Assembly: GCA_965248695.1 (NCBI GenBank)
Contig: CBDFKD010000002.1
Span: forward strand, 2,464,001 to 2,528,000
Length of the DNA: 64,000 nucleotides
Reading direction: 5' to 3'
DNA from: Acidobacteriota bacterium
GTDB lineage: Bacteria; Acidobacteriota; UBA890; WLXD01
In this document: positions 41,034 to 50,842 of the stretch, in pieces
Layout: each line of letters opens with the position of its first letter
How positions within the stretch are numbered: position 1 is the first letter of the stretch
Translations under genes and position numbers: made by a program
The notes under the pieces: generated by a model
What the model saw: the letters and a program-made list of their open reading frames with translations, nothing else
Told to the model about the DNA's origin: nothing
The model's database searches: none

Positions 41034-41315
41034 ATGACGACCGAAACTCAACAGCAGTTGGACGTACCCCAGCTAGTCCTGGAGGCCAGCGAGAGATGCC
41101 AGGATTACCTCTCGCCCACACCGCTGGAGTACTCCTTGTACCTCAGCAAGGAGATCGAGGGCGAGGTCTGGCTCAAGCTGGACTCGATGCAGATCGGGGG
41201 CGCTGGCGGTTGGGGCCTGCTCAAACACAAGGCGCGGTTCAGGGGAAAGAAGGTCGTTGCGGTCGCCTGTGGGCGAAACATCAATCTGGACGTGTTCAAG
41301 CGCATCATTGCGTAG
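41034..41315 (+). pseudogene. Internally deleted threonine/serine dehydratase-like gene
   Basis: N-terminus TPLEYS..VWLKLDSMQ fused to C-terminus GKKVVAVACGRNI; PLP-lysine motif and core absent. Confidence 0.8.
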
Positions 41316-41386
41316 GCTCCATTGGGCGGACTTGAGAAAAAGCGGATGGTCGACGCAGTTTCAGCGTCAGAGAATCCGGAGGAACT

Positions 41387-43378
41387 ATGACCAGGAGTGA
41401 GGATCGTGGTCTCGGGATGCACCGGGATATCACCCGGCGCGACTTCGTCAATGGCGTGGGGGTGGCGATCGGGGGGTCGCTAATCGCACCTGGCCGGCTG
41501 TCGGCGCGCGAGGCTATGCGCCATGCCTCCCCGGCGCAGGAGTACTATCCGCCGGCCCTCACAGGAATGCGCGGCAGCCACGCCGGTTCGTTCGAGGTCG
41601 CCCATGCGCTCCGTGACGGGCAAACCTGGACCAATGTCACCGACACGCGTGAGAGCTACGACCTCGTAGTGGTCGGCGGCGGGCTGAGCGGGTTCTCGGC
41701 GGCCTATTTCTTCCTTACCTCGGCCGGCCCCGGCGCCCGCGTGCTGGTGCTCGACAATCACGACGACTTCGGCGGCCACGCCAAGCGCAACGAGATGACG
41801 TACCGCGGCCGCACGCTGATGCTGCCCGGCGGTACGTCGTACCTCGAGTCCGTGGGCCATTACAGCGCCGTTTCCAGGACGCTTCTCGCTGCGATCGGCA
41901 TCGACATCGACAGTGCCAACGCCACCAGCACCGCGGGTAGGAGGTTCTACGGATCGCTGGGGCTCGGTAGTGCCACGTTCTTTAGCAAAGAGGTGTTCGG
42001 CGAGGATCGGCTGGTGATGGGCCGTGGCGGCCAAGCCGGTGGCCAATCTGGTGGTTGGCCGGATTGGCTCGCGCAGACCCCGATGTCATCGGAGGCGCAG
42101 CGGGACATCGCGCGGCTCTACGACGACGGGGCGAACCCGGACACCATGCCCGGGCTGTCGGATGCCGACAAGAAGGAGCGGCTGGCGCGGATCAGCTATC
42201 GAGACTTCCTCCTCGATCTGGCCAAGGTTCACGCCGACGTGATCCCGTTCTTCGACGACCGCCCGAAGGGCAGCTTCTGCGTCGGCATCGACGCCCATCC
42301 GGCGCTGTATGCATGGGCCCAGGGCTATCCCGGCTTCCAGGGGATGCACCTGGAGCCTTTCGCCCCCGTAGGCCCCCTGGCGCACATCGGCGGCGGACAA
42401 CACGGTCGCGAGAACGAGTTTGATGAACGACCGGACATCTACTTCCCCGACGGCAACGCGACGGTGGCCCGGCTCCTGGTTCGCGCCATGATCCCCGACG
42501 CGCTTCCGGGAACTTCGCTGGATGACTCGATGACGTCGCGCCTCAGGTACGACCGCATCGACCGCGACGGCTCCGACGCCCGGATTCGCCTCAACAGCAC
42601 GGTGATCTCCGCCCGGCACCTGGGCGATCCCGATGTGGCCCGCGAGGTCGAGATCACCTATGTGCGCGGCGGCAAGGCCGAGAAGGTACGGGCGGCTCAT
42701 TGTGTGATGGGTTGCTACAACCGGGTCGTCCCGCACCTGTGCCCCGAGATGTCCGACGAGCAGAAGGTGGCGCTCATGTATGGCGTCAAGATGCCGCTCG
42801 TCTCCACTAGCGTCCTCATCCGAGACTGGACGTCCTTCACCAACCTGGGCATCTCACAGGTGACCGCTCCGGGGATGTACCACAGCGGGATCAACCTCGG
42901 TCGGTCGATCCAGTTCGGCGACTACCAACCTTCCAGATCGCCTGACGACCCGATGATCGTGGAGATGTACAGGGTGCCTTGCGCTCCGGGACACCCGAAA
43001 AAGGAGCAGCACCGCATCGGGCGAGAAGATCTGTTGGCCACCACTTTCGAGACTTTCGAGCGCAATATCCGCGACCAGCTCGGTCGAATGCTGCAGGGTG
43101 GCGGCTTCGACCCGGCCCGGGACATCGAAGCGATCACCGTGAATCGCTGGCCACACGGCTACGCCTATAGCTACAACACCCTGGACGATCCGATCGAGTG
43201 GGCGCTGTTCACCCCCGACGACCGGCCGTGCGTGGTCGGGAGTCGGCGATTCGGTCGGATCTCCATCGCCAACTCCGATGCCGCTGCCTCGACCCACACC
43301 GACTCGGCCATCGACGAGGCGCATCGGGCGGCCCGCGAGCAGCTCCTCGTTCGAAGCCGTGCCCGGCGAAGAACGTAA
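41387..43378 (+). CDS. FAD oxidoreductase, spermidine dehydrogenase (SpdH)-like, Tat signal
   Basis: ITRRDFVNG, YPPALTGMRGSH, GGGLSG, DNHDDFGGHAKRNE, NRWPHGYA. Confidence 0.88.
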   Translation: MTRSEDRGLGMHRDITRRDFVNGVGVAIGGSLIAPGRLSAREAMRHASPAQEYYPPALTGMRGSHAGSFEVAHALRDGQTWTNVTDTRESYDLVVVGGGLSGFSAAYFFLTSAGPGARVLVLDNHDDFGGHAKRNEMTYRGRTLMLPGGTSYLESVGHYSAVSRTLLAAIGIDIDSANATSTAGRRFYGSLGLGSATFFSKEVFGEDRLVMGRGGQAGGQSGGWPDWLAQTPMSSEAQRDIARLYDDGANPDTMPGLSDADKKERLARISYRDFLLDLAKVHADVIPFFDDRPKGSFCVGIDAHPALYAWAQGYPGFQGMHLEPFAPVGPLAHIGGGQHGRENEFDERPDIYFPDGNATVARLLVRAMIPDALPGTSLDDSMTSRLRYDRIDRDGSDARIRLNSTVISARHLGDPDVAREVEITYVRGGKAEKVRAAHCVMGCYNRVVPHLCPEMSDEQKVALMYGVKMPLVSTSVLIRDWTSFTNLGISQVTAPGMYHSGINLGRSIQFGDYQPSRSPDDPMIVEMYRVPCAPGHPKKEQHRIGREDLLATTFETFERNIRDQLGRMLQGGGFDPARDIEAITVNRWPHGYAYSYNTLDDPIEWALFTPDDRPCVVGSRRFGRISIANSDAAASTHTDSAIDEAHRAAREQLLVRSRARRRT

Positions 43379-43404
43379 CTCCCTCATACCAGGTGGACCC
43401 TACG

Positions 43405-44214
43405 ATGCCGTCAACTTCTCGCTTCAAGCAAGAGTCCACCCCTAACGCGCGGCGCCGCAGGCGGGCGCACCCGGCCGCGGGAGTCCTCGGTCGTGCGCTG
43501 CTTGCCGCCCTGGTTGTCGGGATACCGGCGATCGGTGTCGGCGCGCAGCAGGTGGGCGTGTTCTACCCCGACGTCCCCGGAGAGCTGTTGCTCGAGAACG
43601 AGTACGTTGTCGTGCAGAGGTTCATCATCGAGCCGGGGCAGTGGGAGGGGATTCACTCCCATCCGGGCAACCACCTCTGGGTGTTCGTCAAAGGTGGTCT
43701 AACGGCCGAACGCCGCGGTGGCCAAGAGGTGCACAGGATGACTGAGCCTTCGGAAGATGGCTCCGTCGGATGGATGGACGCCGTCGAGCTTTCCGAGCAG
43801 CACGAATCCGGCAACATCGGGGACACGCCGATTGACTTCGTCTGGATCACCCTGAAGCCCTGTGAGCCACTGGCAAACCACACCGTCGGCCTGTTTTATC
43901 CGGACATCCCGATCGAGATGCTGTTCGAGAACGAGCGCGTCGTCGTGCAGCGGTTCGTCATCGAGCCGGGGGAGTGGGAGGGAATCCACTCCCATGCGGG
44001 CAACCAGGTCTACGTTCACGTCAAGGGAGGTATCTGGGCCGGACGCATGGGCGGCCGCGAGGTCTACCGGGGGCCACCTTCGGAGGATGGCTCCGTTGGA
44101 TGGCTAGACGCCATCGAACTGTCCGAGGGGCACAATTCCGGCAACGTCGGGGACACGACGATGGATCTTGTATACGTGACCGTCAAACCGTGTCGCCCGT
44201 CAGCGGCGCCGTGA
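43405..44214 (+). CDS. Tandem bi-cupin secreted protein, paralog of 29152-29931
   Basis: Two EGIHSH.GN repeats; start uncertain. Confidence 0.8.
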   Translation: MPSTSRFKQESTPNARRRRRAHPAAGVLGRALLAALVVGIPAIGVGAQQVGVFYPDVPGELLLENEYVVVQRFIIEPGQWEGIHSHPGNHLWVFVKGGLTAERRGGQEVHRMTEPSEDGSVGWMDAVELSEQHESGNIGDTPIDFVWITLKPCEPLANHTVGLFYPDIPIEMLFENERVVVQRFVIEPGEWEGIHSHAGNQVYVHVKGGIWAGRMGGREVYRGPPSEDGSVGWLDAIELSEGHNSGNVGDTTMDLVYVTVKPCRPSAAP

Positions 44215-44229
44215 GAGCGAGGAGAGCGC

Positions 44230-45216
44230 GTGAAGATCCCCCTCGAGGAACTACGAGACCTGGCCGAACGAGCCCTTCTGAAGTACGGCTACTCGGAAGA
44301 GGAGACCCGCGTCATCCTCGAGATGCTCATGTATGCCCAAACGCGAGGCAATGATCAGGGCATTGTGAAGCTGATTGGCAAAGGGATGCCCAAACATGCC
44401 AATGCAGAGCCGCCAACCATAGAAAAAGAGACGCCCGCGACTGCGATCATCAACGCCAACCTGTCGATGGAAGCCGTTGCCATGGAACAAGCCGTGACCA
44501 TGGTGATCGACAAGGCGAAGAACATGGGCATCGCGATCGTCGGGACGCATACCGGCGACGGATCATCCGGTGCCATCGGATACTGGTCACGCAGGATTGC
44601 GGACGCTGGCCTGGTCGGTATCACCATGTCGAGCTACCCCCACGCGATGGTGCCTCCCGCCGGCTCGTTCGAGCCGCTGTTTTGTACCAACCCGATAGCG
44701 TGGGGCGTTCCTACCGACGGCGAACCGATTGTCCTGGACATGTCGTCATCGGGGATCTCGTTCTTCGGTCTGATTGAAGCGAAGACACGGGGAGTCCAGG
44801 TCGCCGAAGGGCTCGGCTATGACAAGGAGGGCCACGAGACCACAGACCCCGCCGAGATCATGGAGGGGGCGATCAGACCGTTCGACCAGGGAGTAAAGGG
44901 CGCCGGTCTGGCGTTGATGGTACAGATCATAGGCGGTGCTCTGGTTGGTGGGGATTTCTTGAACGGAAGCGATCATGACGGCAACGTCGTCATTGCGATC
45001 GACCCTGGCGCGATGATCGGAACGTCGCGATTCATCGAAGAAAGGACCAAGATCACAACGGCAATAAAGCAAGCCAAGAGACTCGATGGCGTTGAGGAGA
45101 TAATGGTCCCGGGTGAGCGCGGCGACAAGATCAGAGCCCGCGTCCTCGATAGTGGCGAGCTGGAAGTGGAAGACAATCTGCTGAACAGCCTCCGGGCTTT
45201 TGTGGAAGGCGACTGA
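44230..45216 (+). CDS. Ldh/Mdh type 2 (AllD/YiaK-like) oxidoreductase
   Basis: TNPIAWG, LDMSSS, KGAGLALMVQ, VPGE. Confidence 0.85.
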   Translation: MKIPLEELRDLAERALLKYGYSEEETRVILEMLMYAQTRGNDQGIVKLIGKGMPKHANAEPPTIEKETPATAIINANLSMEAVAMEQAVTMVIDKAKNMGIAIVGTHTGDGSSGAIGYWSRRIADAGLVGITMSSYPHAMVPPAGSFEPLFCTNPIAWGVPTDGEPIVLDMSSSGISFFGLIEAKTRGVQVAEGLGYDKEGHETTDPAEIMEGAIRPFDQGVKGAGLALMVQIIGGALVGGDFLNGSDHDGNVVIAIDPGAMIGTSRFIEERTKITTAIKQAKRLDGVEEIMVPGERGDKIRARVLDSGELEVEDNLLNSLRAFVEGD

Positions 45217-45221
45217 ACGAC

Positions 45222-45980
45222 ATGGATTTCACCGACAAGCGAGTCTTGGTTACGGGCGGCAGTCGAGGTATCGGCTTTGCGATTGCACAGGCCTTTGTTG
45301 ACGCTGGCGCGCGCGTGGCCATCAACGGCAGAACGGAGCAATCCGTGAGCGCCGCGATCGACAAGCTGGGCGCCAGTGATCGTCTGGTGGCAGCACCCGG
45401 CGATATCGGTACCGTTGCCGGCTGCGAGTCAGCGGTTGAGACGGCGAACGATGCCTTCGGCGGTCTCGATGTTCTGGTGAACAGTGCCGGTGTCGGCTCT
45501 GGCAGACCCATCGAGGAGAGCGACGAGGCGATGTGGGACGCTCACGTCGACGTCAACCTGAAGGGCACGTTCTTCTGCTGCCGTGCGGCATTGCCCGAGC
45601 TGCGCAAGTCCAACGGCAACATCGTCAACATCGCCTCCGACGCCGGCCTGATGGGGGTTCCGGGCATCGTGGTGTACTGCGCCTCCAAAGCAGGGGTCGT
45701 CAACATGTCGAAGGCGATGGCGCTGGAAGTGGCGCCAGAGGTACGGGTCAACTCCGTATGTCCCGGTTATGTCGATACCGACATGATCCGCCGCGACCAT
45801 ATAGACAAGAAAGATGACCCGGCCGCGGCGGAGCAGGGGATGATCGACTACGCGCCGATGAAGCGCATCGCAACGCCAGCCGAGATTGGCGAGGCGGTGC
45901 TGTATCTGGCCTCATCCGAGGCACGTTTCATTACTGGTGCCGCGCTAGCGATTGATGGTGGCTCGACCGCCGGCCGTTGA
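45222..45980 (+). CDS. SDR oxidoreductase
   Basis: TGGSRGIG, YCASK, IDGG. Confidence 0.95.
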   Translation: MDFTDKRVLVTGGSRGIGFAIAQAFVDAGARVAINGRTEQSVSAAIDKLGASDRLVAAPGDIGTVAGCESAVETANDAFGGLDVLVNSAGVGSGRPIEESDEAMWDAHVDVNLKGTFFCCRAALPELRKSNGNIVNIASDAGLMGVPGIVVYCASKAGVVNMSKAMALEVAPEVRVNSVCPGYVDTDMIRRDHIDKKDDPAAAEQGMIDYAPMKRIATPAEIGEAVLYLASSEARFITGAALAIDGGSTAGR

Positions 45981-46061
45981 GGTCCCGCCTGGCCCTCCAG
46001 CGTTGCTTGGTGCGCTCAGGAACTGGTCGATCGCTTCCCGAAGGCGCCGTCAACTGCGGGC

Positions 46062-47828
46062 TCAGAAGCTCCAGAACCGCGGTATGAAGATCACGGACAT
46101 GATCCAGAACAGGATGCTGAGCGGCACCCCGGTGCGCAGGAAGTCCGTGTACCTGTAGCCGCCCGGGTTGTAGATCATCGTGTTCGTCTGGTAGCCGACC
46201 GGGGTCGAGAACCCGGTCGAGGCGGCGAAGGTGATCGCCATCAGCAGCGGCCTCGGGTTGATGCCTGCCTGCTCGGCCGTCGAGATGGCAATCGGGGCGA
46301 GCAGCACGGCCGCGGCGTTGTTGCTCATGCAGTCGGTCATGATCGAGGTCATGAGGTACACGACGGCAAGCACGGCGACCGGGCCCATGTCTCCGACCAT
46401 GCCAACAGCGTTGTCGGCGATGAAACCCGCCGCACCGCTCTTTTGCATGGCGATGCCAAGCGGCAGGATGCCCGCCAGCAGAAAGATGACCTGCCAGTTG
46501 ATGGCACCGTAGGCCTCGTCCAGTCGCAGACAGCGAGTCAGCACCATGGCGGCGCAGCCGAGCAGCGCCGAGACCAGGATCGGCAGGATGTTGAACGCCG
46601 CCAGCCCGACGACAGCGGCGAGAATTGCCAGCACCATCGGTGCCTTGTGCTGCATCCCGGCCCCCGGTACCTCGTCTAGGACGATGAAGTCCTCGTCGCT
46701 CCGCAAAGCCCTGATCTGCGCCTCGGGGGCCTGGATCAGCAACGCGTCACCCAGACCGAGACTCACGGAGTTCAGCTTGTCGCTGATCGTCTCTCCGCGC
46801 CGCTGAACCGCGAGCACGAGGGCCTTGTAGCGGTTGCGGAAATCGAGGTCCTTGAGGGTCAGGCCGATGAGCTCCGATCCCGGCGCCACCAGCGCCTGGA
46901 CGAGTCGCATCTCCTCCGTCTGCAGTGTCGAATCCCGCAGCTTGAACTCGACGTTGAGCTCCAACCTCGCCGATTCGCGAAGGTGCATCAACTCGGCAAG
47001 CCTGCCGCGCACGAGCAGCACATCGCCCATCTCGAGCGTCTGTCGCAGCGGCGCCCAGACCGCCTTAGCAACGTGCAGCAGCCGTAGCACCGTGACGTCG
47101 TGATCCTCACCCAGGCGGCTCTCCCGCACGGTCTTGCCGATCAGCGGCGAGTTCCTGCCGACCCGCATCTCGGTGATGTACTCGCCCAGCTGATAAGCAA
47201 CGGCGAGCTCCTGAGCCTTGCGCTCAGGAAGCAGCCAGTGCCCCAGAGTCAGGAAGAAGACGACTCCGGTGGCGAAGAGAATCAGCCCCATGCGGCTGAA
47301 CTCGAACATGCTGAAGGCGCCGTAGCCGGCCTGATCGGAAATGGAGCTGACCAGCAGGTTGGTCGATGTGCCGATCAGCGTGCACACGCCACCGAACTGC
47401 GAGGCGTACGACAGCGGGATGAGCAGCCGCGAGGCAGCGATCTTGCGCCGGTTCGCCACCACCATCACCAGGGGGATGAACACCGCCACGGCCGCGGTGT
47501 TGTTGATGAAGGCCGACATCACGCCGATCGTCCCCATGATCACGACCAGGGCAGTGAAGTAGCTCTGTCCGAAGCGCACCATCAGGCGCCCGACGGCTGC
47601 CGTGGCGCCGGTCTTCTGAAGGCCGGCGCTGAGGATGAACATCGCCGCAACGGTTACCGTCGCTGGATTGCTGAAGCCGGAGACACCCTCCTCGGGCGTG
47701 ACCAGACCCAGGACCAGCAGCATCGCCAGCACCAGCAACGCCACGAAGTCGAGCGGGTACTTCTCGGAGACGAAGAGCGCGACCGCTCCGACCAGGATCC
47801 CCAGCACCAAAATCGCGTCGAAAGGCAT
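46062..47828 (-). CDS. SLC13/DASS-type permease with TrkA-C domains
   Basis: SAFINNT, TLIGTSTNL, TPVGYQTN. Confidence 0.93.
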   Translation of the reverse strand: MPFDAILVLGILVGAVALFVSEKYPLDFVALLVLAMLLVLGLVTPEEGVSGFSNPATVTVAAMFILSAGLQKTGATAAVGRLMVRFGQSYFTALVVIMGTIGVMSAFINNTAAVAVFIPLVMVVANRRKIAASRLLIPLSYASQFGGVCTLIGTSTNLLVSSISDQAGYGAFSMFEFSRMGLILFATGVVFFLTLGHWLLPERKAQELAVAYQLGEYITEMRVGRNSPLIGKTVRESRLGEDHDVTVLRLLHVAKAVWAPLRQTLEMGDVLLVRGRLAELMHLRESARLELNVEFKLRDSTLQTEEMRLVQALVAPGSELIGLTLKDLDFRNRYKALVLAVQRRGETISDKLNSVSLGLGDALLIQAPEAQIRALRSDEDFIVLDEVPGAGMQHKAPMVLAILAAVVGLAAFNILPILVSALLGCAAMVLTRCLRLDEAYGAINWQVIFLLAGILPLGIAMQKSGAAGFIADNAVGMVGDMGPVAVLAVVYLMTSIMTDCMSNNAAAVLLAPIAISTAEQAGINPRPLLMAITFAASTGFSTPVGYQTNTMIYNPGGYRYTDFLRTGVPLSILFWIMSVIFIPRFWSF

Positions 47829-47884
47829 AGCGAAGTCTACCTGACGTCATCCGGACGGCAACAGAATCCGCGCCTTCGGAGGCG

Positions 47885-49138
47885 CTAACGCCGGGCGTCG
47901 GTCGCGGTCAGCGGGCTCAGGTAGTCCCTGCCGCTGATCCCCTTCTTCCTCATGGCGATGCCCGTCAGGCACTCGTCGACGACCTGCTTGGAGTTGAGCA
48001 CGGTCGTGTAACCCGAGTCGAGGAGGGGGTTGAGCTCGACGAGGTCGAAACCGACGACGTTGTTCTCGGCGCACAGGCCGCGAACGATGGGGAACACCTC
48101 GCGGGGCATGAGTCCGCCCGGCACGGGGGTGCCGGTTCCCTGGGTGAACGCCGGGTCCATGACGTCGATGTCGAACGAGATGTGCAGATAGTCCGGCCCG
48201 TCGTTGGCCTCGTCGAGAACTCGTTCCATGACGATTCCCCAGCCGTCGCGATTGATCTCGGCCATGGTGTGGTAGCGGAGGTTGTTGGCTCGCATCCACT
48301 CGAACCCGGCCTCCCCCGGCCAAGCACCCCGCAGGCCTACCTGGATGAAGTTCTGACCGAGGACGTGTCCGTCGTCGACGAGCCGTCGTATCGGCTGTGC
48401 GTGGGAGATCAAGTGGCCACGGCGAGTGTCGCCGGCGTCGTAGTGGGCATCGAAATGGATGACGCCAACGGCCTCCTTGCCGTACACGTCCGCGAGCCCG
48501 GCAACGTTGGCGAACTCGATAGAGTGATCCCCGCCGATGATGATAGGGATGGCGCCCGCCTCGGCGATCTCGCGCACCATGCGTCGAATGGGCGGCATGC
48601 TGCGCTCGACGCTCAGGTTGTCGATCGGAGCGTTGCCGTAATCCACGGCCTTCAGCTCCTCCTTCCAGCTGATCATCGTCTCCATGCTGCCGCCGCCGCG
48701 CCGCAGCGCGCGGAATGCAGTGGGTCCCTCGCCGGCGCCTCGATACCCGACCCCCATGTCGACAGGGGCTCCGATGAACGCCACCTCCACCTCGCCAGCG
48801 GTCAGGTCCTCGATCGTCCTGGCAACGGGTAGCCCGAAGAAGCTCAGGGCCGATCCGACTCCGACCGGTCCCGGCTCGCGCGGCGGATCGTCCGAGATGT
48901 CGCGATCCCTCCACACCTCGAGGTTCTCGTCATTCGGATCCAACCGGATGATCGCCGATTCGGGGTCGACTTCCGGCTCGCCCTGTTCCTCGCCTTCCGC
49001 GGCCTCGCTCTCTGTCGACTCGGCTTGGTCGGAGTCCGGCTCCGAAACGGCTTCGGCGGGATCAGCGGCCGGCTGCGGCGTGCAGGCAACCGAGAACACC
49101 AGCAACAGGATCGCGATTGCCCGCGTGAGCCGCCGCAC
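47885..49138 (-). CDS. Agmatinase/ureohydrolase-family lipoprotein
   Basis: GGDHS, HFDAHYD, SFDIDVMDP; lipobox SVAC; GTG start inferred. Confidence 0.9.
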   Translation of the reverse strand: MRRLTRAIAILLLVFSVACTPQPAADPAEAVSEPDSDQAESTESEAAEGEEQGEPEVDPESAIIRLDPNDENLEVWRDRDISDDPPREPGPVGVGSALSFFGLPVARTIEDLTAGEVEVAFIGAPVDMGVGYRGAGEGPTAFRALRRGGGSMETMISWKEELKAVDYGNAPIDNLSVERSMPPIRRMVREIAEAGAIPIIIGGDHSIEFANVAGLADVYGKEAVGVIHFDAHYDAGDTRRGHLISHAQPIRRLVDDGHVLGQNFIQVGLRGAWPGEAGFEWMRANNLRYHTMAEINRDGWGIVMERVLDEANDGPDYLHISFDIDVMDPAFTQGTGTPVPGGLMPREVFPIVRGLCAENNVVGFDLVELNPLLDSGYTTVLNSKQVVDECLTGIAMRKKGISGRDYLSPLTATDARR

Positions 49139-49140
49139 GA

Positions 49141-50688
49141 CTAGTCGCCGGCCTGCACGACTTCCTTCATGTACCAGTCGATGAAACGGGACGGGCCGCC
49201 CTCGTGGGTGGAGTAGCGACCGGCACCGTAGGCACCCGACTCGATGCCGGCGTGGTTGTTTTCGGTGATCCAGATGTCCTCCTGGATCGTGACGTGCCAC
49301 AGCGCCTTGACGTTGTCCGGATCGTAGTCGCGACCGTCGACGGCGTCGGGGTGCACCAGCCAGACGATCTCGCAGTCGGTGAAGTTCTCCGACCGCGGCG
49401 TGAACCGAGCCACGGCGACGTGGTCGTCGTAGGTCTGCCAGTAGCCGGTCGACTCGGCGGTCGTCGTGCCGCCCGTCTCGTGCTTCCACTCCGTGATACC
49501 CGGGAGCAGGATCGACACCGCCTTGCCATCGATTGATCCGGTAACGAAGCCGGGATTGAGCAACCCGCCCATGCTGCCGTAGGCGGGCGTGTCGGCGTCG
49601 CCTTCGCCGCCCATGCCTTCACCGCCCATGCCCTCGGCACCCACATCAGCCGACGCGGAATTCCGCCGTCGACGCGCGTGCGGCGGCACCCAGGCAGCGA
49701 CCGCGGCGGCCTTGTCTGCCCGCTGCTCGGGGGTGAGGTCGTTGTCCCAGTTGTGGGTGGTTACCAACGGGGTATGCGCTGGCCCGCAGTGATAGCACTC
49801 CTTGAAATTCTCCAGCGCCAGCTTCCAGTTAGCGTTGATCGGGTAGTACTCGCGCGCCGCGACCTTGAGCTCCTCCAGGGGCCACTTCTCGCCCACGGGA
49901 CCAAGCCGGCTGGCTACGGCCGTCTCGAAGTCGGGCGGCGTGTCCGACTTCGACAGGTTGACGAAGACCTGGCCTTCGGCGACTCGCAGGTGGCAGGGCA
50001 GCAGGCCGTTGTCCGCCGGGTCGAAGTCGTCCTGCATGCCGTAGGCGTAGATGAGGCTGCCCTCGGTGTCGTAGGTCCAGGCGTGGTACGGGCACCGAAA
50101 CACGGGAGAGCTACCCGACTGCCCCAGCTGCTTGACCGACAGGCGCGGGTCATCGGGCTTCTCGTCGGCATCGTGACGGCACAGCCGTGATCCGCGATGG
50201 CGACAGACGTTGTAGAAGCCGCGGATCTCGTTGTCCTGTCCACGCACGATGAGGATCGACTCGGAGCGACCGAACTCGAAGACGTAGAAGTCACCCGGGT
50301 TCGGAATGCGGCTCGCCTGGTCGGTGTACTGCCATAGGTTCTCCGCCACGAAGGCCTCGTCGGCGTCGAAGTGCTGCGCCTCGGTGTAGTACTCGGCGGG
50401 AATGGTGGTCCCCTCTTTCCAGCCGTTCACGCTGGCCTTGCGCGGAAGCGGCGCGGTGAGGGCAGGCGCACCGCGGCCACCATAGCCAACAGGATCGTTG
50501 CGCATCTCGACACGGGCGGCGCGACCATAGGTGGTCTTCTTGGCGGCCGTCTTGGCCGGGGTCGAGCCGAACAACGACTTGGGCAGGGTCACTGCCGCCG
50601 TGCCCGCAGCGACGGAGCTGGTCGCGAAGGTTCGGCGGCTCAGCTTGGTCTCCGCACCGGTCATCTCGTCTGTGTCTCGCTTGCTCAT
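49141..50688 (-). CDS. Rieske non-heme iron oxygenase alpha subunit (GbcA/choline monooxygenase-like) with twin-Arg leader
   Basis: NVCRHRG..CPYHAW; NWKLALENFKECYHC..AH; LSRRTF. Confidence 0.9.
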   Translation of the reverse strand: MSKRDTDEMTGAETKLSRRTFATSSVAAGTAAVTLPKSLFGSTPAKTAAKKTTYGRAARVEMRNDPVGYGGRGAPALTAPLPRKASVNGWKEGTTIPAEYYTEAQHFDADEAFVAENLWQYTDQASRIPNPGDFYVFEFGRSESILIVRGQDNEIRGFYNVCRHRGSRLCRHDADEKPDDPRLSVKQLGQSGSSPVFRCPYHAWTYDTEGSLIYAYGMQDDFDPADNGLLPCHLRVAEGQVFVNLSKSDTPPDFETAVASRLGPVGEKWPLEELKVAAREYYPINANWKLALENFKECYHCGPAHTPLVTTHNWDNDLTPEQRADKAAAVAAWVPPHARRRRNSASADVGAEGMGGEGMGGEGDADTPAYGSMGGLLNPGFVTGSIDGKAVSILLPGITEWKHETGGTTTAESTGYWQTYDDHVAVARFTPRSENFTDCEIVWLVHPDAVDGRDYDPDNVKALWHVTIQEDIWITENNHAGIESGAYGAGRYSTHEGGPSRFIDWYMKEVVQAGD

Positions 50689-50842
50689 GACGCCCTCCGT
50701 TCATCGAACTGAAACCGCAGTTCCTTCCTGCCACCCGAGCGTTATCACGAGCGCGGTGGTAATACAACGGACAGTGTGGCGTTCCGTACCACGACCATAC
50801 GCGGTTTCGAGACCCAAGCGCAGTCCCGGGAGGAGTAGAGCG

